Shown piece after piece: positions 40,791 through 52,199 of a stretch of 64,000 nucleotides of DNA (positions within the stretch are counted from its first letter, which is position 1; the number at the start of each line of letters is the position of its first letter). Source of the DNA: Camelus dromedarius (taxonomy: Eukaryota); the NCBI RefSeq assembly GCF_036321535.1, contig NC_087437.1, positions 101,992,001-102,056,000 of the forward strand, read 5' to 3'. The position numbers were made by a program, and so were the translations under genes. Under the pieces are notes generated by a model. It ran no database searches, was not told the origin of the DNA, and worked only from the letters and a program-made list of their open reading frames with translations.

Positions 40791-43789
40791 CAAAGAAACT
40801 AAGTCACTTGCCCAAATTAGTAAATGGAAGAGCAGGGATTTATACCCCGATTGTCTGATTTCAGGACCTACAGTTTAATCACTGCAGCATACTGCAAAAG
40901 GGCAATTGTCAAAAATGGGGAAAAATACAAAATTTTTAAATACCAAAAATTTATAAAATATATTATAATCACAAGAGTCTAAAAATATGGAGTATATGGA
41001 ATGCCATCAGTAGCATATTGGATTCCCTGCTGTCTGCACTTGCTGTGGTCAAAATCACAGAAGAAAATCTTTAATATAACTTCAAAACATAGATTGGACA
41101 GAAATTTTTGTTTTCCTATTCCATGGAAGCTCAGTAAAGTTAAGTTTTATATGTTGAAATAATACTATTTATGGGAAATATCTTCAAACATTTTAAAGGA
41201 GTGATGTGTTTTTTAGTCCAATTTGTCTTTATGTTTTTTTCCTGATCCAAACTCATTAAATGTAGTACAGGCATATAAATAAACAAACAAACAAAAAATA
41301 AAATCCTAGTTGTAAAATCTAATTCTGAAATGAGAAACTTCCTTATAGCCCAGGGTTACAAATAATTAAGGGAGCATCCAATTCCATGTAAGGGAAAATT
41401 CATTCTTTCTGATTTTCTGTGTACTGGCACATTTGTAGCTCGCTAGTTTCATTTGCAGCAGGGATACTGAAGACACATTTCAAGGGCTCCTACCGATTTG
41501 AGAAATTTATTGTACCTTAAGGGCTGTCAGAGGAAATTTGCAAATTACTAGTCCAAATTATTTCAACAAGAAAACATACTGATATGTTCAGGTAATGGAA
41601 AGGGAAAAAAGATTAACATAAGTGTCATAAGAAAGCTTATTTTGCTGCATAAATCACAGGTAGTCAAGAAGTTTTGTAAGAAAGATGTTATGCTAAAATG
41701 CAAGAAAAAAATCTCTCTTGTACTTCCTTTCTTATTCAACGGAGAATAACCCTTTGATTTCAGTGTTAAAATATACACTCCCCTTCTTCTATACCACGAA
41801 CAAGATTTTAAGCCACTTCTATCTTGTAATACTATTTCATGAGTGAGAAACCATTATTTTTCACCTTGCTACCTACAGATATATTTCTATACAAACAAAA
41901 ATTTTAATTAAAATATCTGAAGTTTTAATAAATCCCTAAATCTATTAAAGTAGGGTATCCTGTGTAATCACTAATAGCAGGGATTATTAAATTCAGTTAC
42001 ATCTTAAAGAAAGAGTTATGTGATTAGTGCTTTCTTTATAAATCCCTATAGAAACGATATACTTAATTTATCATTAATATAGTCACATATAAAATGTACT
42101 GTTCAATACATGCAATTGAGAAAAAATTGTTTAATGTATCTTAAAAGCTGACACCTATTAGTGGAGGACCATGAGTTAGTTAAGAAAGCATCTGCTAATC
42201 TAATTAGGCATTTAAATTACTGGACCTAGACAGAGTCTGAAAAGTGAGGGTCAAGGCAAGGCGTTTCTATAAGAGCTGGAGTGCTTTGCTCACACAAATA
42301 GGAAACTCTCCCATCATTTCTACTTAGTCTAGTGTTTTTTTTAAAGGTGCTTCCTCAGGGAAATGGCACAAGTGGTGGTGATAATGGAGGCATTGGGGTG
42401 GTGGTAGTAATGGGGAAGGAGGAGGTGTGCTTTTGCAGACAGGAGATGGAATACAGTAGGAGGATACAAACAGCAGAGTGGAAAGAACTGTGGACCGTCA
42501 AAACGCCCAATTTCATTTTGTTTTCTGTTGTGTTGTCATTCAGAGTCCCATCATCTGTGATTTCAGTAATGCTTCCAGAGAACAAAACCTTGACTATTAT
42601 ATGTTGCAAGGTAAAGGATGTGCCTGTTCACTTTTCACATAATTCATGTTAAAGAATCCATGCAAAGTGACTGAGTCCCATGTGCAAATAGAAGCAAGGA
42701 GGAAGATACCAATCAAATTGAACAGAAAAAAGAAAAAAAAAAAAGAATACAGATTTGAGGATGATTTAAATAGCTTTAAGGGTTGCCACATCTCCCAGAG
42801 ATGAGCGTGGATGTGGTACTTCCATCAAACATTAAATATCTCTTGAGTCATATACATTTCAAAGGATGTATTGCTATCAAGGTTACAAAACCACCTCCTA
42901 GTGGAGATACCCTCAGAACTTGTGTGTGTGTGTCTGTGTGTTTGTGTGTGTGTTGAACTAAAGAATCTTGAACTTTGGCAAATGTTTGGTTGATCCAAAA
43001 TAAATGTTTTTAAAAATAATAGACTTTATTAATCTGACATGCTTAAAGCAATCATCTTAGTCTCTTAATATTTTGTAAGCAAACTTTTTTTAATTAGAAA
43101 GAAATGGCTATATCATTTTTTCCAATTCAGGGTAATGATGAAATTATATAACACATTTTATTCTAATATATTTAAATAATTTTTGGTAGTGCCTGGAAGC
43201 ATGTATATAATAATTTAGAGTGAATTATCTGGTAAGATCTTGATGAGGCAAGCAGAATAAGTTCAACTACCTACTTAAAAAAGGGAAAAATCTGTTTGTA
43301 GTCTTTCTGAAGTACAGAAATGATTTGCTAAAAATAATTTTAATTGTTATTCTGTGATATACTGTTTGCACCAGATAAAAGTTGCTCATAACTTGTGCTC
43401 TTTACAATCTTTATGCAAAGAGCACTGGAAAGATATTATCTATTAAAATATTATTCTTAATATCTTATAATTAATAATATTGTGGCAATGATTAAAATAT
43501 TGAATGCATTTTAAAGAGAACAAAATAACACATCACAGCATACTTAAAGAAGAGCTTTAAATAAAACATCAACGATTAATATAAATGAGCAAATAAATGT
43601 ATTGTGCTCGTGGGGTAATTGTATTGTTTCCAGAAATTTCTGCATAGTATACTTGAGACAATTTTTGTTAGTTTAAACCAGCAATTTAAGATTGCTTCCA
43701 TTCCCATGTTAGTTTGCATTAATAAACATCTGTGCACGAGGCACACTTGTAAGTACTGTAGGAAGTAAACCCCATCGCTCACTTCACAC

Positions 43790-44432
43790 AATCACCAATC
43801 TGCTCTCTACATCCATGAGCTCATTTTTTGTTTTTTTTTTTTTAGACTCTACATACGAGATAATATTATTTATGTTTTTCTGTCTGACCAATTTTGCCTA
43901 GCATACTGCCCTCAAGTACCATCCATATTGTTGCAAATGGCACAATTTAATTTTTTTCGTGGCTGAAAAATATTTCATTGTATGTCTAGACCACATTTTC
44001 TTTATCTGTTCATGCATCAGTGAACATTTCGGTTCTTTTTATGTCTTGACTATTGTAAATATTATTGCAGGTATGACGGGGTTGCATGTGTCTTTTCAAA
44101 TCAGTGTTTTTGTTTTCTTTGGATAGATATCCAGAGTGGAATTGCTGAATCTCATGGTAGTCCTATTTTTAATTTTTTAAGGAGTTTCCATACTGATTTT
44201 CATAGTGGCTGCACCAGTTCACATTCCCACCTACAATGCCCAGATTCCCTTTTCTCCACATCCTCAGCAACACTTGTTATTTCTTGTCCTTTTGGTAATG
44301 GTCATTCTAACCACTGTGAGGTGATAACTCATTGTGTTTTTGATGGCCTTTTCCTAATGAATCATGTTGTTAGCACCTTTTCATGTACCTGTTGGCCATC
44401 TGTATGTCTTCTTTGGGAAACATGTTTCCATA
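43790..44432 (-). mobile_element. L1 (L1MA-like) ORF2 3' fragment
   Basis: atccatattgttgcaaatggcac...gagtggaattgctgaatc...ttccatagtggctgcaccag...ccttttcatgtacctgttggccatctgtatgtcttctttggg. Confidence 0.9.
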
Positions 44433-45949
44433 TCTTTTTGAAAGTACCGAATTCATAAAAGTGATACTACTATGATAATCGATTGCTATAACACATACCA
44501 CGTTACTGTGAATACACTAGTGGTTACTCTCATGAGTAAGTGCTCTAGGAAGTCACTGTTATATGAAGTAATAAGAAAAAGGCCTGTGGAGGAGGGAGGA
44601 TTTAGGTAGGTCATAAATAAGTTATGCAGTGATTGTGAAAGGAGTTGTAATAGGAATACCAAATGAATGTAATATTATGACAAAGTGAAAAGGTGAGCAT
44701 GTTGCATCACTGGAAATAAGAGACTTGAGTTCTAGTTGCAGCCCATGGTTCAAGATGTGTGCACTTAGTAAGTTACTAAAACTTCTTGAGCTTCAGAATA
44801 TTTTTATAGCTTCTTATGCTATTTTATCTTTTTAATATCTGAATGTAAGAAAAGTCACATTTCTTTGTTTATCCAAATAAAATTATAATTAGGCTTTTAG
44901 CCTCTTATCTACCAGTTTGGTAGAATGTTTGCTTTCAGGCAGTTTTTTTTAATTCCTCCACTTTGGAATAAGATAGATTTAAATCTAATTTCTTCTTCTG
45001 TCCTTATTAATATACAGTACCAGTTAAGTTACTTAAACCCTTAAGTCTTAGTAATGTCATCTAGAAAATGGAGATCAAAATAGCTGCCTTCTAGGGTTTT
45101 TGCAACTTTTAATATGGAATGGAGAAGTGAACTGCTTATGTAGTATCTGTTATCCAGTAAATGTTCAATATATTTTAATTAAATTTTTGAAGAGTAAGAT
45201 TTTTATTGTATCATTTCAATAAGAAAGGGGATTTTTTTTTCTAACTTATTCTCAGCTTGGAATTTTGAAAAAATCACTTGTATAATATAGTGCTTTTTTC
45301 ATTTTCTTTGTTAAGAAGATTGATTTTATTGTGATATAAAAGCATAATATTGGATCCTTCATTTGTCTTTAAAAGATCAGAAAAATATTTCTGTATCAAT
45401 GTTACCACAAATTAATTGCCTTATCTATAGTCTATCCAAATGTGTTACAATCTTGACATTTCAAATGAGAAAACTACATAGTTTTGAGTCATATTTTTCA
45501 CATTTAATGCTGTTTTAAACAACTGGCCTTTGACTCGTGCTGGTAAAACTTCTGTTGCAGTAGGACTTTCATCTCCTTGGGATCTGCTGTCATAAACCAA
45601 GAGCTCTATGACCTTGGTAAAACACTTCCTCCACTCCATTCCTGCCACCCTTTCCTGGTCCTTTACAGTTCAGTGAGGGTCACTGTCTCATGAATTAAGT
45701 GGCCTTATTTTAAAATGGTGCTTGGCCATTCATATACTCTCTCAAAGAGACAGGAAAATATAATTGCTCTTATTGTATACAGTGTGCCCTATGTTAAGAT
45801 GTAGAGTGATCATTGGTAGTCATTTGATTGGTTTTCAAGGAGAAAAGTAAGCTGATTGAGAAGAAGGGTAGGGAGGGAGTTGGAGCAGATAATTCAGAGA
45901 GAAGCAAACTACAGACCTTGCTGATAGAGACTGATGGCTAATCAGAGAC

Positions 45950-46530
45950 TATAGGCAGGTGTGTACGTTTTTTAAAAGGACAGCAAAATCTTTGATGTTC
46001 TTCCCGTTGAGAAGTGGGATTAATGCCCCCTCCCTGTGAACCTGGGTAGACTTTTAACTGCTGGGACTGTAGCACGGTATGGCAGGAGTGATGCTATGTG
46101 ACCTCTGAGGATGGATAATGAAAGGCGGTGCAAGTTTCTCCTTGGTCACTGGAATATTCAGATTGAGAGCCATGGGATACCACGTAGGAAGACAGAGTAT
46201 CCTAAGACCACCGTGCTGTGAGGATCCAGAACACGTATTGGCCAACTCTAGGTTCTCCGGTTGGCAGTCTTTATCTTTAGGTCATTCCAGCTCAGGTGCC
46301 AGACAGATAAGCGAAGGGGCCTCCTGTTAATACAAAACTGTAGCCATCGTGTTACCACTAGTCTTCAAGTCTTAAAGCTCAAGTCCCAGACGCTGTGGGG
46401 CAAAGACAGTCAGCCTCTGCTGCACCAAGTTCCTTATCCATAGAATACAGGAATATATATATATATATGTATTTTTTTTTAAGGCTGTAGTTTTAAATCA
46501 TTACATTATGGAGTAGTTTGCTTCTGAGAA
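45950..46530 (+). mobile_element. MaLR LTR (MLT1F/G-like)
   Basis: aaatctttgatgttcttcccgttgagaagtggg...gtatggcaggagtgatgctatgtgacctctgagg...ttttaaatcattacattatggagtagtttg. Confidence 0.75.
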
Positions 46531-46619
46531 TAATATTAATTAGTTACTTTGTGTTCCTATTTTAGAATCACAGACTCTGTACAAGCTTACAAAATACCAC
46601 TTTCTAAAACTGAGTTTCT

Positions 46620-48875
46620 ACATGAGAAAGTTCCTTTAACTTGTGTTAAACTGCAGTCTGCTATTGATAAATGACCTTCACATTTTTTGTCTGTAAAATA
46701 TTTCATTTTGCTTCCATTCTTGGAAAAAATATTTTATCTGATATAGAATGTTAGTATTTTTACTTGTTTATTTTTTACGCATGACTTTAAAGTGTCACTT
46801 CCTTGTCTTCTGGCATGCATAATGTTTGATAAGAAGTTGGCTGTAATTCTTTTTTGAAATTCCGGTATGTGATGTATCACTTTTCTGTGGCTGCTTTTAA
46901 TACTTTTAATCATTGGGATTTTTTTTAATCTGATTATGGTGTTTCTTGTGGTTCTATTCATATTTCTTCTGCTTGGGAATCATTGAGATTTTGGATATGT
47001 TATAAAATTGACGATTTCTCTTTTTAACACTATTTTTCAAAAATGTTTATGCTATTCCTGGGTGTTTTTTCTTTGTGTTAATTTTGTGCTTGCTAACAGG
47101 TTTGAGATTTTTTTTTAGAGGGGAGGTCTTATATTTTTCCTAAAATTGGAAAAAATATAGCTATTATTTTTCAAGTATCTTTTCTTTCTCCTCTTACTTT
47201 TCTCCTTCTCACTTGTATCTTAGAACCCTTGATGTTGTCCAGCTGGTCATTTAATGTATGAATCGGTGTTAACCTGGCTAAGAGCTGCGCTGTGTTTAAC
47301 ATTCACTGTATCTGTAGATGTCAGAGACAGCAAATTCCTCTGACATCCTCCTTTTAGCTCTTTTGCCTTTGGTCTTGCCTGAGCACTCCTCCCAGGGGAC
47401 AGTTTGTGTCTTGCAGTCCTTCGAGCTGTAATCCAGTGTTATCATACAGTCCATTCTTATTTTTGTCACCATAGTTTATGTTCTACAAAGTCACTGGGAA
47501 CACTGAATGAACTAACAGTGAACTGCTGCTGCTAGGGGACATATGGGGTTAGGTTCCTGTGAGTCTGATCAGAACATTTTCACCAGCTGAAGTGCTCTTT
47601 GGGTTATATAGGACCACTTGCCAACAATCCGTAAAACCCAGCCAGTCTCACAACGTTGAAGACCTACTCTTTTATATAATCCTTCTCCTGTACAACGTTT
47701 TAGCAGGCATTTTTTAAACAGTTTTTCTGCAGCCTCTGGTCTGCAGAAACTGCCTCACCTCTAAGTTTAACATTTTTATGCCACATTTCCTTTTGAAACT
47801 TGCAAGCCAGCCAGCACTAGCCGAGAAGGGTTTAGCACTTTCCTGACCCTGGGTAACGTGACGCTAAATTTCTTTAGCTTTCAGCCTCACAGCACTGCTG
47901 TCTACTGTGCTAGCAGCTTTTTTTTTTTTGGTATTTCCAATAGTTTTATCACACACTCTAGATTTTACTTTAGCACTTTCCAGAGCAGCCTTATACACAG
48001 ATGGGTGAAATTCCTCCTCCATTTTATGGAGGTACCATATTGTGATTCATTTACGTTGAATTCTCAACAAATAGCGCTGTAACTCATGCCTGGGATGAAG
48101 CTGATCTAATGCATGCATTTTCTTGGAAAGTCACATCACATCCTTCTTCCTCTTAGAAACACTAGATAGTATTTCAGCACTTCAGTTGGGGGCTGTTTTA
48201 AATGGAAAAATCACTGAAAACAGCACAAAATTTTTTTTTAATTTAGCACTAAATAGACTATTAAAAAGAACACATTTATAGTATGAGAGCTGAAGCAGGA
48301 ACGCAGAGTATCTCCTAGTTCTGTCGTAGCTGGGGCATCCAGGCCGAGAAACTAAAATTTGTCACTACTCCGCCCTTACCTATACATGATTACAAAATGT
48401 TCACAAGTATTGATTTGGGGGTTACAAATAAATTCTAGGAAGTAGGTGAATTCACTAGTACAGAATCTGCAAATAATGAGAATTGATTATATTTTATCCT
48501 GCTGCTACTGGTATGGTAGTAAAATGTGTTGGGGGAGAATCTTATGATCAAATTTCAGTCTGTTGATGGGCCTACATCTCTGGGTCTGACCCTCACAAGT
48601 CTTCCTCCAGTGATGCAGCTTTTTTTTTTAACACTTGAGGTAAAACAGGAGGGTGAAAAAGGGCTGCAGTTGTTGGGACACTCTTCTCTCAGTGGGAAAA
48701 GACTCTGCTAAAGGTGTTTCCACTGAAAAGTGGGCTGTTGTCGTGCAGAAGTTTCTGAAAGAATTTCAAGATGATTTTTCCCTCTGCTAGAGCCAAGAGC
48801 ACATCTTTCTGGGGTCTTCATCTTAAGAACATGGTGGGACTCCTGGGGGTAAAGCCCATCACAGAGTTGGGCGTC
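46620..48875 (-). mobile_element. Old L1 (L1MD/L1MC-like) ORF1 and 5' region, interrupted by a Tigger element
   Basis: Minus ORF 46734-46961 (TRNTIIRLKK...RITANFLSNIMHARRQGSDTLK) resembles the L1 ORF1p C-terminal part. 48780-48870 (agagccaagagcacatctttctggggtcttcatcttaagaacatggtgggactcctgggggtaaagccca) matches an old L1 5' end in antisense. Confidence 0.75.
47447..48489 (-). mobile_element. Tigger DNA transposon with MER82-like ends and an internal transposase remnant
   Basis: TA at 47445-47446 and 48490-48491. Degenerate TIRs (cagtccattcttatt... / ...aataatgagaattgatta). The minus strand at 47600-48030 translates in pieces to VRLKAKEI...VTQGQESAKPFSASAGWLASFKRK, a CENP-B/Tigger helix-turn-helix region. 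Confidence 0.85.
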
Positions 48876-48999
48876 ATTGATAGTTAATTTTATGTGTCAT
48901 TTTGACTGGCCACAGGGTGCTCAGATTAAACGTTATTTGTGGCTGTGGCTGTGAGGATGTTTCTGAATAAGATCAGCAATTGAATCAGTGAAGCAGATT
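48876..48999 (+). mobile_element. MLT2 (ERV-L) LTR, 5' fragment only
   Basis: tgatagttaattttatgtgtcattttgactggccacagggtgctcagattaaacgttatt...aagcagatt matches the start of the MLT2B-type LTR. Confidence 0.88.
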
Positions 49000-50144
49000 T
49001 GTCAGGAGGTGGGCACAATTCCTTTATTTCTCATATTCTGACCCCCACCTACATGGACCCCTTCTGGCCCCCACGCTGGGGCTTCAAGCACCAGGCTCAC
49101 CACTGAGGGCCCCCCACCCAGGACGGGACTCACCTTTCAAGGCCTAACCCCCTTGAAAGGGGCTAAAACCGAGATACAGCACCTGTCAGTCCACCACGAA
49201 AGCATCCGCAGCACCTCATTACAGAATTGGGCCAGGGACACTGAAATCACATTTGCAGAAGATCCTTTGGGGGCCTTCAGGACACAGGACGTCAGATCCA
49301 GCCTGGGAGGAGGTGCAGATTCTCCAGCTCAGGGACTCACCTGTCCATCCCAGAGCCCACCTGCCTCCAGGACAGGAAGCAAAGCTGGCCTGGAACATTG
49401 CCCTGGGCTGGGACCAGGTAACCAAGGGTCTGGAGATCCTCAGAGGCCAGTGGACACAACTCCAAGCTACTTTTGCACTTGGTAGTCACTATAGGCAGGA
49501 GAAAGAAGAAAGTCACAGATGATGCCTGGGGCCCTCACATGCCGAGAAAGCCTACCTTCCCAGTCGCTGTCTGCACAGGCTGTCTGTCTGAACTTCAGCT
49601 CCAGAGGGCTCAGGGTAACAGAGGCATGGCTGGACTCAAAGGTTCAGGCCCACAGTAAGTGGGCACCCTTGGGCCTTTCTCTGGCCAATACTCTGGCACA
49701 GAGTCCTTCATCCTCCATCCTCCAAGTCTGCGGTCAGCTAAGTCAGGATGCAGACCATGGGGCACACGTGGTGATTCTGGAAGAACATCTGGGCTACTCG
49801 TCAGAGCCCATTCTAGAGGCTGTTCTCAAGGGCTGTCCTGCTCCCTCAAACCCTCCTCTCTCTGTGTTCAGCCGGGGCCTTTGCCCAGTGTGGATCCCTG
49901 CTACACAGGCCCACCCCTACACAGCTGCAGACTAGACTGAGCTGAGGGGGGAGGTGGGTGAGACCCGAGGCCTTTGCTGCAGCCTCCAGGTGGCCCAGGC
50001 TTCTGGCTGGTGGTACACAGGCAATGTGGTCCTTCTTGGAGACCCCCCAGCTTACAGGGAGCAAGAAGCAGCACCACGGCCCAGCACTGGGAGCCGGCGG
50101 CACTCTCACTCACAGGGCCGTCTTGCTCAGACACTTACACTCAC
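49000..50144 (-). other. Foreign GC-rich insertion of unknown origin (possible tail-less retrocopy of a 3'UTR, or captured genomic DNA)
   Basis: Abrupt shift to GC-rich unique sequence (roughly 55-60% by eye) in an AT-rich region. It interrupts the MLT2 LTR. Minus-strand AATAAA at 49023-49028 lies close to the left junction. No recognisable protein. Confidence 0.6.
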
Positions 50145-50669
50145 ATGTATAGACATATATCTATATCTATAATATGTATAATACAGATATATATATGTAC
50201 GTATATCTATTGTTGTAGAAGTATTTAAATTGAAGAGGTTAACCTCAGCCTGCAGGCATGCCAGAATAAGTAAAACAACTATGATAGTGCTCATAATAGG
50301 ATTTTAAACCTAATAATACAAGTAGGAAACTATGTTTTACGTAACATATGCTATGATAGAAGTGGTGTGTATCATAGTTAACTTAATTAGAAGAAAATAA
50401 TGATTCATAACCAAGGATAAATAATAGATAAGGGAATGTGTTAATGACTTAAAATCACAATTTTTTTCACAACATTCCAGCAACTTCATGGAAGCATAAT
50501 AGCAGATGGTTATCGATTCTTAAATGACAAATCCTCAGTAAGAGATACTAAAATTTGACTTAGTAAAACCTTGAATAATATACTGAATGAACTTACATAT
50601 GATTTCTATCATCCCTGTATACCAAAAGAAGTTAATTGTTTTCAATCCATATAATGCATTCAATGAAAT

Positions 50670-51055
50670 GTATTAATGTGTGTAAATTTGTACAGCTGCT
50701 TTGGAATGCTGATTGGTACTATCTATTAAAATATTTAATGTAACTAACCTAGAAATCATACTACTAAATAATGCCATAGTATATGTGTGTATATGTGTAA
50801 AGAATAACATATTCAAGAATGATCAGCAGTATTGAAATGGATTAAAAACTGAGGGGAAAATAAACTGCCATTAAATAGTAAAAAGAGAAAGGATGGCATA
50901 GTGATTAGGAGGGTGACATGGGGCCACTTCTGGGGTACTGTTCATATTCTATAACTGTCTAGGTCATGTTTACACAAATATAATAAGTTTGTAGTCATCC
51001 ACTGAGATAATACATTTGTAGTCTTTGAACAGAGCTCTAATAAACTTTTAAGAAA
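50670..51055 (+). mobile_element. Old L1 (L1ME-like) 3' fragment inside the inferred inverted block
   Basis: gtgtaaatttgtacagctgctttggaa...cttctggggtactgttcatattctata...aataaactttta. Confidence 0.55.
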
Positions 51056-51063
51056 TATAATGA

Positions 51064-51381
51064 GACTTCCAGGTTCACCTTTATTATATAAAGATTTTGG
51101 AACACATCACTCTCAACATTAAAAGAATAAAAAGCTGAATAAATTGAAAATAAATATTTTTCTTGAATCCTTCAGAGAATCAAGTTTACAGGGCAAACAA
51201 CTACCCCAAAATCTGGCTTTTCAAATTTGGAGCATTCAGAGAGATCCTGCCAAGATCAGAGTGCCTGGAGCAGAAGCTGCTGGAACCATCTAGTTATAGA
51301 AAATTTTGATAAATTTCTGGAAAATGAACTGTGAGCTAGTTTGAAAATAAGAATCTACTGGTGGCCACAGTCTTAGGAGGC
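51064..51381 (+). mobile_element. Extreme 5' end of the same old L1 as 46620-48875, on the opposite strand
   Basis: gacttccaggttcacc...aaaaagctgaataaattgaaaat...cagggcaaacaactaccccaaaatctgg...cctggagcagaagctgctggaaccat...gtggccacagtcttaggaggc. Its reverse complement is the expected continuation after 48875. Confidence 0.8.
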
Positions 51382-51629
51382 TGTACTAGGCAGGATTCTC
51401 CACAGAAATAGAATCAATAAGAGGTATTATAGGAAAAGATTTAGCAGAATTGAAATTATGGAGGCAGAGAAGTCCTACAACCTGCCATCTGTAAGCTGAA
51501 GATCTGGGAAAGACAGTGGTGTATGTAATACAGTCCAAATAGAAGGCCTGAGAACAGGAGCACCGGGGGCAGAGGAACAATATCCTAGGTTAAGCAATCA
51601 GACAGGAAGAAAAATGGGGCAAGTTCCCC
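51382..51629 (-). mobile_element. MLT2 (ERV-L) LTR, 3' fragment only
   Basis: The reverse complement reads ...ggacttctctgcctccataat...attgattctatttctgtggagaatcctgcctagtaca, the MLT2 3' end. Confidence 0.88.
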
Positions 51630-51638
51630 TATATATGT

Positions 51639-51856
51639 ACACACACCACACACACCGCACACACACACACACACACCACACACACACACCACACATGCCA
51701 CACACACACACCACACACACACTCACCACACAAACACACCGCACACACACCACACACGCAAGACATACACACACACCACACATGCCACACACACACACAC
51801 CACACACACACTCACCACACACACACACAACAACCACACACACCACACACACACAC
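51639..51856. repeat. Degenerate CA-rich repeat with an internal duplication of about 85 bp
   Basis: Directly visible. It explains the H/T-rich and C/V-rich ORFs at 51598-51926. Confidence 0.95.
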
Positions 51857-52199
51857 GTTTGTCAGTGACTGGGTATGTACGGTTTCTACATTTGCATTCT
51901 CCAACAAATTTCATATACTCGGTCATTGACCATCATATACTAATTGTCTATGGAACGGGAAGTATATTGCCTGTAATATTTCTCTGATGAAAAAGGTCAT
52001 GTTAAAATTACATTTACATGCCTAATTAATCAACATCTAGCCTAAAGTTTTTATATGATGTTTGTTCCAAATGAGCAATATGTATGCATGCATATTTCTT
52101 TAGAATGAGTTTATTTTTATGTCTTAATTTTTAATATTTGTGGAGTGCATATAAATGCTAAAGCATTGTATTACATAGATTATGTAGATTAATCACAAA

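Noticed and set aside
49153..50228. Cluster of overlapping ORFs up to 138 aa
   Set aside because: They overlap in many frames on both strands, as expected where GC-rich DNA has few stop codons. No recognisable domain.
51598..51926. His/Thr-rich and Cys/Val-rich ORFs resembling metal-binding proteins
   Set aside because: Direct translations of the CA/TG repeat.
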